Below are positions 47,601-60,200 of a DNA stretch of 64,000 bases, one piece after another. The notes beneath the pieces are model-generated. The model was not told where the DNA came from. It searched no databases and worked only from the letters and a program-made list of their open reading frames with translations. A program made the position numbers and the translations under genes. This stretch comes from Macrostomum lignano (Eukaryota): assembly GCA_002269645.1 (NCBI GenBank), contig NIVC01003907.1:6327-70326 (forward strand). Reading direction: 5' to 3'. Every line of letters starts with the position of its first letter. The first letter of the stretch is position 1.

Positions 47601-50600
47601 ATCCTTGTTTATCAAGTGCAATAATCCTTTGTTTATCAAGTGCAATAATCCTTTGTTTATCAAGTGCAATAATCCTTGGTTTATCAAGTGCAATAATCCT
47701 TGGCTTATCAAGTGCAATAATCCTTGGTTTATCAAGTGCAATAATCCTTGGTTTATCAAGCGCAGTAATCCTTTGGCCTATCAAGTGCAATAATCCTTGG
47801 TTTATCAAGTGCAGTAATCCTTGGTTTTCAAGTGCAATAATCCTTGGCTTTTGAAGTGCAGTAATCCTTGGTTTGCCAAGAGCAATAGTCCTTGGTTTAT
47901 CGAGTGCAGTAATCCTTGGTTTTCCAAGTGCAGTAATCCTTGGTTTATTAATAGCAATAATCCTTGGCTTCTTGAGTGCAGTAATCCTTGGTTTGCCAAG
48001 AGCAATAGTCCTTGGTTTATCGAGTGCATTAATCCTTGGTTTTCCAAGTGCAATAATTCTTGGCTTCTTGAGTGCAGTAATCCTTGGTTTGCCAAGAGCA
48101 ATAGTCCTTGGTTTATCGAGTGCAGTAATCCTTGGTTTTCCAAGTGCCGTAATCCTTGGTTTATTAATAGCAATAATCCTTGATTAATCAAGTGCAGTAA
48201 TCTTTGGTTTGCCAAGAGCAATAGTCCTTGGTTTATCGAGTGCAGTAGTCCTTGGTTTATTAATAGCAATAATCCTTGGCTTATCGAGTGCAGTAATCTA
48301 AGTGTTTTTATTTAGTCCTTTAATAAAACCTTTTAATAAAAAATTTTACACTACTACTTTTAAACTACTTAGATTCGAACCTAGGTCGCTGCATTAGCAG
48401 TCTGGTCTGTTCAGCTCTAGGCTAGCTCTCATCGAAGTTATCAGTGATGTTGTACCACTTATATAATTCAACACTCACACCAAGTCAGGTAGAGTAAAAA
48501 GTCTCACGAAGCAGTTATGACATAATCAATTTCTTAGGCAAGTCAGTACCAGTGTCTATGAAAGTTTACAATATGGTTACGTAATATAAATTCAGTACTG
48601 CGCTATGCTTTCACACTCAAAGCTGTGACGCAATTCAATTGAGTGTCAAATTCAGCCAGTACACAGACGATAAATAAAGTGTATTGTGATGCAATCTATT
48701 TCAGAATCAGAATTCAACCAGTCAGTTTTTCTGCTAGCATTCTTACGATGCATTTCAAGTCGAAAGAGCTGCTTGACCTTTGCAAAAAAGCATGTTTTTC
48801 GAATATTTAATCCCTTTAGCATCGAGCAATTTCTTAGCCACGATGCATGTACTGTCACGGGAAAATTTCTGATCGAACAGTGCAAGTTCGAAGAAAATCG
48901 GTTGAGCCGTTTTTGCTAAAATCGATCACACACACACACATACACACACACACATACCGACAGACCATTTTTAGTATATTGGATGGAAAAGGAAAACATT
49001 AGAGAAGAAAATGGATTGCTAGTGTAGCCAATCATTAGATAGGAACATGGATTGCTAGTCTAGCTAGCCAATTATTAGATAGGAAAAAAAATGGATTGCT
49101 AGTCTAGCCAATTATTAGATAAGAAAATGGATTGCTAGTCTAGCCAATTATTAGATAAGAAAATGGATTGCTAGTGTAGCCAAACATTAGATAGGAAAAT
49201 GTATTGCTAGTGTAGCCAATCATTAGATAAGAAAATGGATTGCTAGTCTAGCCAATCATTAGATAAGAAAATGGATTGCTAGTCTAGCTAGCCAATTTTT
49301 AGTTAGGAAAATGGATTGCTAGTCTAGCCAATCATTAAATATTAAAGTGAATTGCTAGTATAGCCAATAATTAGATAGGAAAATGGATTTCTAGTCTAGC
49401 CAATCATTCAATAGGAAAATGGATTGCTAGTCTAGCCAGTAATCAGATGTATAAAGGGATTTTCATTAATTACTCAAACCACGAATTCCAGAACCTGCCT
49501 GACCAGCTCGTGTCCATCAGATGCTCTCTAAGAGGTCACGTGATCGAATCTATCCCGTTCAGCAGTCCGGCAGTTCTGTCCCAGGTGTCCACCCTGATCA
49601 GACAGCAGTTTGTGCTCAACCAGCTGCTGGCTTCGTGTCTACAGCTGACTACTCATAGGGGTGAGTTGTCAATCAATCAATCAATTGATCAGTCACAATG
49701 CTAAATCGATTATTCAAATTCCCGCCTCTCCAATTCGACAGCTAATTTGGAGCCCGGCGTCACCTGCTTTGAACTGGAAGTCCTTGGCCCCACAGACTGC
49801 CGGGTGGCCATCATGCGCGGTCTCGGCTTTAAAATGCGTTCGTGTAAGTAGTATAGAAATAAGTTAGTAGTACAATGCTAGTAAATCAAACTAAAGCCAG
49901 TATAAAATAGTACTACAGCCAGTATATTACAGTACTACAGACAGTATAAAACAGTACTACAGCCAGTATATTACAGTACTACAGACAGTATAAAACAGTA
50001 CTACAGCCAGTATATTACAGTACTACAGACAGTATAAAACAGTACTACAGCCAGTATATTACAGTACTACAGCCAGTATATTACAGTACTACAGCCAGTA
50101 AATTACAGTACTACAGCCAGTATATTACAGTACTACAGACAGTATAAAACAGTACTACAGCCAGTATATTGCAGTACTACAGACAGTATAAAACAGTACT
50201 ACAGCCAGTATATTACAGTACTACAGACAGTATAAAACAGTACTACAGCCAGTATAAAACAGTACTACAGCCAGTATATTGCAGTACTACAGACAGTATA
50301 TTGCAGTACTACAGACAGTATAAAACAGCACTACAGACAGTATAAAACAGCACTACAGACAGTATAAAACAGCACTACAGACAGTATAAAACAGTACTAC
50401 AGACAGTGTAAAACAGCACTACAGACAGTATAAAACAGTACTACAGCCAGTATATTACAGTACTACAGACAGTATATTAAAGTACTACAGACAGTATAAA
50501 ACAGTACTACAGCCAGTATATTACAGTACTACAGACAGTATAAAACAGTACTACAGCCAGTATATTGCAGTACTACAGACAGTATATTGCAGTACTACAG

Positions 50601-53501
50601 ACAGTATAAAACAGCACTACAGACAGTATAAAACAGTACTACAGACAGTGTAAAACAGCACTACAGACAGTATAAAACAGTACTACAGCCAGTATATTAC
50701 AGTACTACAGACAGTATAAAACAGTACTACAGCCAGTATATTACAGTACTACAGACAGTGTAAAACAGCACTACAGACAGTATAAAACAGTACTACAGCC
50801 AATTACTGATGCCTGTCGCCCCGCAGACTCGCTGCACCTGCGCAGCCCAGACTGCAGCCCGGCTTGCCGACGGCTCAAGCCGCCATCGTCCGCGTCTGCC
50901 GACTCTGCCAAGCCCGAGATCGGCGATTCTGGCGCCGGCACGGCGGAGCCCTCCGCTCAGTTTCTCGGGCGCGCGCTGCGCACCAGCGGCCTGTCGCTGC
51001 CGCTGGCCGTTCGCCGGCTTCAAAGGCTCCGCGGCCGTCCCCGCGGCTGTCAACGGCGCCGGCGGCTGATCGACTCTCCGTCCGCGCCGCAGTCGCTCCG
51101 CCGGGTCGCCTCGACCTCCGCTCTGGCCGCCATCGCCAGCGGCCTCGTCGAAGTCAAAGGCGTCGTCGCCTCCGTTGCAGCGTCTGCCGCCTCGCTGCTG
51201 CCCGCCAGGCCGCGCTTCTGCCTGGAGGCGCCGGCGCCGCGCCCCAAACGGCAGCCGCTGGGGCCGCCTGCGCCGGTCGAGTTCCAGCCGCCGCCGCCGC
51301 CGATGCCGATGCCGCCGAACTTCGCCGGCGGTCACCACCCGCTGCAGCAGCCGCAGTTCGGGCCTCAGTTCAGCAGGCAGCTCAGCCACCCTGCCGGAGC
51401 TGACGGCGGCGGCCATCACCATCCGCTGCCGCATCATCACATGCCGCAGTTCCAGCATCCGCAGGGTTACATGCCGGGCCATCAGCAGCACCAGCTGTAC
51501 CAGCAGCAGCTGGTGGGAGGCCAGGCCACGCCGCCCCATCACCTGTGCAGGCAGGGCCCGCCCCACCTGGCTGGTTACCACCCGCACCAGCGGATGCCGC
51601 ACGGCCACGGCTACCCGCCGCCGCCGCCGCATTCGCAGACTCCGCCCTACGGTGTTCAGTTCAGGCCGGGGGCCCAGCCTGGGGGCCCGTACTACCAAGG
51701 ACCGCCTTCTCAGCAGCAGCAGCAGCAGCAGCCGCCACCGCATCATTCACCTTCGCCCTACCATTCGCAGTTCGCTGGTCCGCCCGGCTACGGACCTCAG
51801 CCAGCCACGCCAGCCGGCTATGCACAGCAGATGCCGCCGGCGTCTCCCCACCACTTGATGCTTGGCTCGCCCGCGCCGCACCTGCAGCAGCCGCAGACTC
51901 CGCAGCCCCACACGCCGCACACGCCTCAGCCGCTGCACCACCCGCCAAGCACCCCGGCGGCCTCCAACATGGAGATCAGCGGGCCTGGCACGCCTCTCGA
52001 CCAGCAGCTGATGAGCCACCATCTTGGAGACAGCAGCGGCGGTAGCGGCAGCGGCTTCCCACCGCACACCCCCATGGACAAGAGCAACCAGAATCCCGTG
52101 CTCATCAGCCTGCTGCAGGAGGACTCAACCAGCTGCGGCACCCCAGTTCCAGCCCAGCAGATGCCGATGCAGCACCACGGCCAGCAGCAGCACCGCCAGA
52201 TGTTTCCTCACGGAGCTCCGCCTCCGGCCTACGGCCAGCAGCAGCAGGCGGTGTACAGTCGGAACCCCGCCGCCGGTCAGCGGGCCTTGCCGCCGCAGCC
52301 CCAGATGACCAGCCCGCAGCATCAGCAGCAGCAGCAGCAGCTGCTCGACCCCGCCGCCTCGTCATCGTCCGTCGGCGGCGCCGGCGTCAGAGCCGGCAAC
52401 AGCGGCGGTGCCAAGAAGCCGCGCAAGCCGCGTCGTTCAAATCCTTCCTCGGCGGGGGCGGCTTCGGCGACAACGCCAACTGCTCCGTCTTCGTCGGCGT
52501 CAGCGACTGGATCCTCGTCTACGGCGGCTGCGATGCAGAGCCGGATGGGGCCGGCAGGCGGCGGCCAGGCCTTCGATCCGCAGCAGCAGCAGCTCGGCCG
52601 CAGCCTGGACAGCCAGATGCAGTCGGCCTACATTGGCGGGCCGCAGCAGCAGCAGCGCCACCATCCAGCTGCCACCGCCGTGTTCGACACCAACGTGAGC
52701 CGCATGGCCCAGATGACAGAGCAGCTGGGCTCAGCTGAGCCTCATCACCCGCAGCCCCATCAGCAGATGCTGCCGCAGCATCAGCAGCAGCTGCGCTATC
52801 CAGGTGACATGCCTGGTCAAGGCGCATTCGCAGGCCAGCAGCAGCAGCAGATGCATCCTCATCATCACCAGCAGCAGCAGCAGTCTGCCATGGCCGCAGC
52901 TTCTGCTCAGCTTCATCACCAGCATCACCAACAGCAGTCATCGAACGGTCTGGTCCTCATGCCCGGCAGTGAGGGGGCCAGCTTCCCCCAGTCTGATGAG
53001 GCGTCTTCAGGCCGGGAACAGCAGCAGCAGAGCCTCCGCCTCACCATACCCAAGACCAAGCTGGGCCCCCAGGACCACCAGGCCCAGAAGAACCCGGAGA
53101 GCGTCTACGACTTCGACCCGGCTAAAGAGGAGGCCACCAAGGCCTCGTCTGTGGAGGCTCGCAACAAGCCGCTGAAGGTCACCATCAGGATGAACCCTGC
53201 CTCCTCCGCCGCCGCCACTGCCGAAGCGTCGTCGTCAAGAAAGCCGCCAGATTCCTCTGCCGGTGCGCCTCGCCGACCACCGCCTCTTGGCAAGCCGTAC
53301 AACTACGCCTTCCACCAACAGCAGCAGCAGCAGCCGCAGCCGCAGCAGCCACCGTCGCATCTTCAACATCAGCAGCAGCACCTTCAGCAAGAGCGAGCTG
53401 TTGAGTCCTCCGGCACCGACTCGGCACCGGCCTCTGTGGAGGAGAACTCCAGCGGCGCCATGGACGATCAGCAGCACCAGCTGCAGATGCAGCGTCAGCG
53501 T

Positions 53502-53540
<39 letters not shown>

Positions 53541-55263
53541 CAACAACAACTGCAGATTCACGATGAGTCCAGCTGGACCACCAAGCAGCAGCTGCGGAAA
53601 AAGTTGGAGAAAAGCCGCAAAGCCGAGGCCGCGCCTTCTGGCGCATCCGCCTTGCCAGCAGCTGCGACCGGGCCAGCTGGCCTCGGCGGCAGCGGAAACA
53701 ATGGCCGGGCAATGTCCGCCGGGCTGAACCCGGCCAGCGCCGCCGGCTCGGCAATGCCGGCCGCGGGTCCGGGGGCCGCCATCTACGGACCACCGGCCGC
53801 TAAGAAAAGTCGCCTGCATGCCGACAAGGTGAGAGAATTGTGGCGTCGTGTTTTGGGTGCTGGGTGTTTCATTCTAGGACTGCACTCGGTTAGTGTGTTT
53901 TATTCTCGGACACTCTGGTTGGGTGCTTCATTCTCGGACATCCAGGTTGGGTGTTTCATTCTCGGACACTCAGGTTGGGTTTCTATTCTCGGACACTCGG
54001 GTTGGGTGTTTCATTCTCGGACATCCAGGTTGGGTGTTTCATTCTCGGACAATCAGGCTGGGTGTTTCATTCTCGGACACTCTGGTTGGGTGCTTCATTC
54101 TCGGACATCCAGGTTGGGTGTTTCATTCTCGGACACTCAGGTTGGGTTTTTATTCTCGGACACTCGGGTTGGGTGTTTCATTCTCGGGCTGCACTCGGGT
54201 TTGGTGTTTCATTCTCGGACACCCATGTAGGGTTTTTATTCTCGGACACTTGGGTGTTTCATTCTCGGACACCCATGTAGGGTTTTTATTCTCGGACACT
54301 TGGGTGTTTCATTCTCGGACACCCATGTAGGGTTTTTATTCTCGGACACTTAGGTGTTTCATTCTCGGACACTCAGGTTGGGTTTTTATTATCGGACACT
54401 TAAGTTGGGTTGTTTTTCTCGGACACCCAAGTTGGTGTTTCATTCTCAAACTATACTTGGGTTGGGCGGCTCATTCGGAGACTCTGGTTGGGTGTTTCAT
54501 TCTCGGACACGGGTTAGGTTTGTTATTCTCGGACACTTGGGTTAAGTTTGTTATTCTCGGACACTTAGGTTGGGTGTTTCATTCTCGGACACAGCTCAGT
54601 AAACTAAGCAATGGATTAAGCATGAGCATCGCAACCCCTCGCCAGCCTCCGCAGGCCAAGAAGTCCAAGAAGCACAGGCGGCTCGACGCCTCCGTTGACT
54701 CGGCTCACCTGTCCACTCCTAGCAGCAGCGCGGGCGCGAGTCCCGCCACCCCCGCCGACGCTTCGTCCGCCGCTTCAGCTCCCGCGTCGGGTTCGCGGCA
54801 GAGCTCCGCCCTGAAGTCTTACAAGATTCCGCGCAAGAACACGGCCTCTGAGGATGCGGCCTCGAGTGCTCTCCAGCAGCAACAGCAGCAGCAGCCGCCG
54901 CCGCCCCCGCAACAGCAGCCGCCGCCGCACCCTCTGCCTCCCCGGTTTCAGCAGGCGGCCAGCTTCGCTCCCGCCGGGGGCATCCGCCAGCAGCTGTACC
55001 AACAGCGCCATCCGGCCTACCCCGCGCCCCGTCAGCATGTCCAGCATCACCAGCATCATCAGGCCAATTTATTTGAGCAGTTCCGGCAGCCGCAGCAGCA
55101 GCGCCAGTTCATCACGGATCCGGCAGGCCTGCACCAGCACAGCAAGGACACCCCTGACAGCCCCGCTGATGGCCCGGCGTCGCCCTCACCCGGCGGCGGC
55201 GCCGGAGGCAGCGGCGCTGGGGTCGGCGGTCAGGCGGCCACCGTGAGCATCATCCCGCACTGA
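40703..55263 (+). CDS. MED1: Mediator of RNA polymerase II transcription subunit 1. Exons: 40703-40780 (tentative), 40868-41131, 41843-41943, 43698-43837, 44498-44708, 44796-45051, 49492-49660, 49742-49843, 50827-53828, ~54655-55263
   Basis: Phase-compatible exons reproduce the Med1 domain in order as recalled: [53 protein letters not shown]...[20 protein letters not shown]...[37 protein letters not shown] box [11 protein letters not shown], then a long Q/P/H/S-rich disordered tail. The start and final exon are less certain. Confidence 0.82.
41195..41660. repeat. 46-bp triplicated unit followed by (TCTG)n microsatellite
   Basis: GGATGCTTGAAACTTAGGCTATGAGAAATTCAGGCCTTGTGAAACT x3, then TCTG runs from ~41365. 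Confidence 0.85.
42337..43612. repeat. Composite minisatellite of GTAGCTGAGTGA / GTAGCTGGGTGA / ACTGGCCAGTAGC modules
   Basis: About 1.3 kb with higher-order repeat structure, in a MED1 intron. Confidence 0.9.
43975..44400. repeat. ~22-bp minisatellite (CAGGCAGCCCTTGAGAATCGCC)
   Basis: Tandem copies in a MED1 intron. Confidence 0.9.
45500..46120. repeat. Degenerate AGATAGCAAGCACCCCC / AGATATTATAGAAGCATCC repeat
   Basis: Tandem modules. Confidence 0.85.
46190..48300. repeat. 21-bp minisatellite (CAATAATCCTTGGTTTATCAAGTG-type)
   Basis: About 100 copies over 2.1 kb. It produces the spurious repetitive ORFs in the track. Confidence 0.95.
48995..49441. repeat. ~36-bp minisatellite (AGGAAAATGGATTGCTAGTCTAGCCAATCATTAGAT); also at 45165-45266
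   Basis: The same unit lies at both ends of the 4.4 kb MED1 intron. Confidence 0.9.
49900..50800. repeat. ~22-bp minisatellite (CAGTATAAAACAGTACTACAGA)
   Basis: Fills most of the MED1 intron 49844-50826. Confidence 0.95.
53860..54595. repeat. ~29-bp minisatellite (GGTTGGGTGTTTCATTCTCGGACACTC-type)
   Basis: Fills the last MED1 intron and causes read-through of the 975-aa ORF. Confidence 0.9.
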
Positions 55264-55848
55264 GGGCCCAGCACCCCCCCACCGTGAGCATCATCCCGCA
55301 CTGAGGGCCCAGCCCCCCCCCCACCGTGAGCATCATCCCACACTGACGGCCCAGCACCCCCCACCGTGAGCATCATCCCGCACTGAGGGCCCAGCCCCCC
55401 CCCCACCGTGAGCATCATCCCGCACTGAGGGCCCAGCCCCCCCCCACCGTGAGCATCATCCCACACTGACGGCCCAGCACCCCCCACCGTGAGCATCATC
55501 CCACACTGACGGCCCAGCACCCCCACCGTGAGCATCATCCCGCACTGAGGGCCCAGCCCCCCCCACCGTGAGCATCATCCCGCACTGAGGGCCCAGCCCC
55601 CCCCCCACCGTGAGCATCATCCCACACTGACGGCCCAGCACCCCCCACCGTGAGCATCATCCCACACTGACGGCCCAGCACCCCCACCGTGAGCATCATC
55701 CCACACTGAGGGCCCAGCCCCCCCCCCCCCACCGTGAGCATCATCCCGCACTGAGGGCCCAGCCCCCCCACCGTGAGCATCATCCCACACTGACGGCCCA
55801 GCACCCCCCCACCGTGAGCATCATCCCGCACTGAGGGCCCAGCCCCCC
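55238..55848. repeat. ~40-bp minisatellite duplicating the MED1 terminal codons (CCACCGTGAGCATCATCCCGCACTGAGGGCCCAGC)
   Basis: About 15 copies; the first overlaps the ORF end. Confidence 0.95.
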
Positions 55849-57230
55849 GCTGTCTCAAAATTTCGAAACTGGCGCAAATGCGATATGATATGATGAAAAT
55901 TCGTCAAACCGTTAGCTTTGCCATCAGAATTGTATATATAGTTGTTTACTATAATCCTTAATACAGATTATTTATATTATAGTTGTCGGAGTGGACTTTT
56001 TTTAGTGCGTTTTTCCAGCGCTTCAGTTTGTACTTGCTGTCGCTGTTGTCACCAACAATGACCTTTTTTGTCCTTGTCTCTTGGCTCTAGTGCATCAAGT
56101 TTCAACGATTAATTAATGACCTGAAATTTGAAATTTAGTCAATTAAGTCTGCACTACTACTGATAGGCCTACTTATATGAGTAGTACAATATGACTCTTA
56201 AAATTTTTGAGTATTACAAATTTCCCAATTGCCCGTTCATTTTACATGAGTCCCATGCCGCTAACTCAGTGCTGCCCCAGTCTGTATGTTTTTTTCTATT
56301 GTTGATAACTGACTTTTTAAAGGCTTTTTGGTTGTGCCCCAACCCAGAATCCGCCACTTCTGACTTTGAATCATTGCGTCATTTCAGCCACTGCGTCATC
56401 TTTATGGCTCAGCGTTTAAATTATTTAATTTCTAATTGTACTTTTATATCAGAGATTTAAGCCTCGTCATATGCCCCCGCCAGTGCTCCATTTATTTATT
56501 TGTAGCCCCTGAGTTTAGTTTCACACACAGACTGTCTGCCCAGTTGCATCATGATTGACAGTACATTGTGAACTATATATGAATGAGTATATGTCAATTT
56601 GTAATCCTAATAAGTTTGTTTACATGTTACTAACAAACTATTATTATTTCTATATCCATCATATTTTACAGTGAACTGAACTCGGTCCCGCATGTATTTA
56701 AAGCTTACAAATTTGCAAACCGTTCTTGCGATTGTATTATATTATATATTATATATTATATTATAAACTAATTATGGGTCTCTGCTGACTAAACGGTAAA
56801 TACTGTTTTTCATGTCCAACCTTGCTGCTTCATTTTTATGTGATTGCGGACTCGAACTCCGGAGGGAGTTTATTATAAAGCGGCAATCGACATTATTCAA
56901 TTATTATTAGGCAGGTGTATTTCTGCGATTATGTAACAACGGCAATATTCTGCAGCAGTGCAACAACAGTCACGCTCGAGATGCACTTGGTCAAAACCTT
57001 CGCGAACTGCTTTTAGCAGCAGGGAAACTCTGCATTGCATGTCCATATCTTTGTGATTGCGAATTGAGCAAGGGGTCACACAGTCACAGTTGATTTGAAG
57101 TTTACAATTAGCCGTCCGTTAGGGCTCTTCCGTAGCCATAACAGGTGCATGTTCGCGGAGACACTCAATGGTGTTTGCACAACACCCGATAAAGTCTGAG
57201 TTCGAGTCATTCTACTCTCGATGCTCCAAA

Positions 57231-60200
57231 TCACTCCGACTCGTTAAACGCGTCCTCCATCTCCTGCAGCACGTAGCAGATGGTCTTGGCGTAGATCTGG
57301 GCGATGCTGTCGTTGAACCGGTCGGCCAGGGTGATCCTCACCGCTTCCAGGAACGGCTGCTCCATGGCCTGGGGGAATTGGCGCAGTTGGGTTGCTTAGT
57401 GAAATCTCCTCTGCTAATTGTGTCAGTGCACTTTGGCTTGGGGTCTCTGCTGCGGGTTCTGCGGATCACGTGTACTTCAATTCTGGAACAGATCAACAGA
57501 CTTATCTAGAGTTGTACCCGCTGTACACAGCACAGAACCGTAAATTTTGTTTGCGAGGTTATTTAATTAGCAGGTGCGCAGCCCACGCCATCGGATTAAG
57601 GCTAATCCAAGGCTGAGTCCGAATGCTGATTGAAACACAATCTGGTACAGAGGGACGGGGCTCGGCAATTCATCTCTTAACCATCCCACTCATTAGCATC
57701 CTAGCTGGAGCATAAGCGGACAAGCAGGGCTTCTTAAACCCAGCTCAAGCCTGTTCGCTACAAAAAAAGGCAATCTGGATTTCAATGGGTTTGCCGGCCT
57801 GCGCTCTCGTGAGCACAGATCCCCCTTGGTGGGGGGATTTTCAAGCGGGGGAATTGATCCTAGTGATGACCTGCCACCCTCCTTGTTCTTCCCGTTCCGC
57901 TCCGCATAGATACTATTGAATTGGCTGCATTGGGCTTGCGCAGCCATGCTGAGTATGGTTCCACCTCCTCTAAGTTTTTTAGTGAGGCTCTGTGGGTGTC
58001 AGTGAGGCTCTGTGAGTGTCAGTCAGGCTCTGTGGGTGTCAGTGAGGCTCTGTGGGTGCCAGTGAGGCTCTGTGGTTGTCAGTGAGGCTCTGTGGGTGTC
58101 AGTGAGGCTCTGTGGGTGTCAGTGAGGCTCTGTGGGTGTCAGTGAGGCTCTGTGGGTGCCAGTGAGGCTCTGTGGGTGTCAGTCAGGCTCTATGGGTGTC
58201 AGTGAGGCTCTGTGGGTGTCAGTGAGGCTCTGTGGGTGTCAGTGAGGCTCTGTGGATGTCAGTCAGGCTCTATGGGTGTCAGTGAGGCTCTGTGGGTGCC
58301 AGTGAGGCTCTGTGGGTGCCAGTGAGGCTCTGTGGGTGCCAGTGAGGCTCTGTGGGTGTCAGTGAGGCTCTGTGGGTGTCAGTGAGGCTCTGTGGGTGTC
58401 AGTCAGGCTCTGTGGATGTCAGTCAGGCTCTATGGGTGTCAGTGAGGCTCTGTGGGTGTCAGTGAGGCTCTGTGGGTGCCAGTGAAGCTCTGTGGGTGCC
58501 AGTGAGGCTCTGTGGGTGTCAGTGAGGCTCTGTGGGTGTCAGTGAGGCTCTGTGAGTGCCAGTGAAGCTCTGTGGGTGTCAGTGAGGCTCTGTGGGTGTC
58601 AGTAAGGCTCTATGGGTGTCAGTGAGGCTCTGTGGGTGCCAGTGAGGCTCTGTGGGTGTCAGTGAGGCTCTGTGGGTGCCAGTGAAGCTCTGTGGATGCC
58701 AGTGAGGCTCTGTGGGTGTCAGTGAGGCTCTGTGGGTGCCAGTGAGGCTCTGTGGGTGTCAGTGAGGCTCTGTGGGTGTCAGTGAGGCTCTGTGGGTGTC
58801 AGTGAGGCTCTGTGGGTGTCAGTGAGGCTCTGTGGGTGTCAGTCAGGCTCTATGGGTGTCAGTGAGGCTCTGTGGGTGTCAGTGAGGCTCTGTGGGTGTC
58901 AGTGAGGCTCTGTGGGTGTCAGTGAGGCTCTGTGGGTGCCAGTGAAGCTCTGTGGGTGTCAGTGAGGCTCTGTGGGTGTCAGTGAGGCTCTGTGGGTGTC
59001 AGTGAGGCTCTGTGGGTGTCAGTGAGGCTCTGTGGGTGTCAGTGAGGCTCTGTGGGTGTCAGTGAGGCTCTGTGGGTGCCAGTGAGGCTCTGTGGGTGCC
59101 AGTGAGGCTCTGTGGGTGTCAGTGAGGCTCTGTGGGTGCCAGTGAGGCTCTGTGGGTGTCAGTGAGGCTCTGTGGGTGCCAGTGAAGCTCTGTGGATGCC
59201 AGTGAGGCTCTGTGGGTGTCAGTGAGGCTCTGTGGGTGCCAGTGAGGCTCTGTGGGTGTCAGTGAGGCTCTGTGGGTGTCAGTGAGGCTCTGTGGGTGTC
59301 AGTGAGGCTCTGTGGGTGTCAGTGAGGCTCTGTGGGTGCCAGTGAGGCTCTGTGGGTGCCAGTGAGGCTCTGTGGGTGTCAGTGAGGCTCTGTGGGTGTC
59401 AGTGAGGCTCTGTGGGTGCCAGTGAGGCTCTGTGGGTGTCAGTGAGGCTCTGTGGGTGTCAGTGAGGCTCTGTGGGTGTCATTCAGGCTCTATGGGTGTC
59501 AGTGAGGCTCTGTGGGTGCCAGTGAGGCTCTGTGGGTGCCAGTGAGGCTCTGTGGGTGCCAGTGAGGCTCTGTGGGTGCCAGTGAGGCTCTGTGGGTGCC
59601 AGTGAGGCTCTGTGGGTGTCAGTGAGGCTCTGTGGGTGTCAGTGAGGCTCTATGGGTGCCAGTGAGGCTCTGTGGGTGCCAGTGAGGCTCTGTGGGTGCC
59701 AGTGAGGCTCTGTGGGTGCCAGTGAGGCTCTGTGGGTGCCAGTGAGGCTCTGTGGGTGTCAGTGAGGCTCTGTGGGTGCCAGTGAGGCTCTGTGGGTGCC
59801 AGTGAGGCTCTGTGGGTGCCAGTGAGGCTCTGTGGGTGCCAGTGAGGCTCTGTGGGTGTCAGTGAGGCTCTGTGGGTGCCAGTGAGGCTCTGTGGGTGCC
59901 AGTGAGGCTCTGCATTTCGTGTTCAGCCCGTCAGAATTGCTTCTGCCTGTTCCGTTTTTAAGCCTCAGAAAAAAACAAATTCTCTGAAACGATCGAAAAA
60001 GCTCGCTTTAAAATCAAGCCTCTCACATTTTGATGAAGCATTCTACGGTAAAGTGCAAACCGATTGAGGCTGCTCTGCATCACTCAGACTCAGACTACGT
60101 TCAAAAAATCTAAAAAATTCAAAATGTCGATCAGTTTGGAGGGTCGGTGCAGCATCCATCATCTACCAATGGTTTCGAAAACTCTTGGAAGTTTTTAGCC

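Larger units (their letters stand above)
45268..48982 (+). mobile_element. Possible non-autonomous Helitron/Helentron-like element swollen by internal minisatellites
   Basis: 5' CTAG...GCGGCCCCCCTTCGGGGCGCCC hairpin. 3' AAAATCGGTTGAGCCGTTTTTG + (CA)n + TTTTTAGTATATTGGAT. It splits a 36-bp tandem array present on both sides. Confidence 0.35.

Noticed and set aside
46239-48269. Long repetitive ORFs (also 4416-5249, 6248-6697, 25459-25959, 41318-41762, 53893-54330, 60413-60960)
   Set aside because: They are translations of minisatellites lacking stops in one frame, with no domain signal.
50793-53819. Numerous antisense and off-frame ORFs over MED1, CCDC180 and FReD exons
   Set aside because: Shadow ORFs of GC-rich coding sequence.
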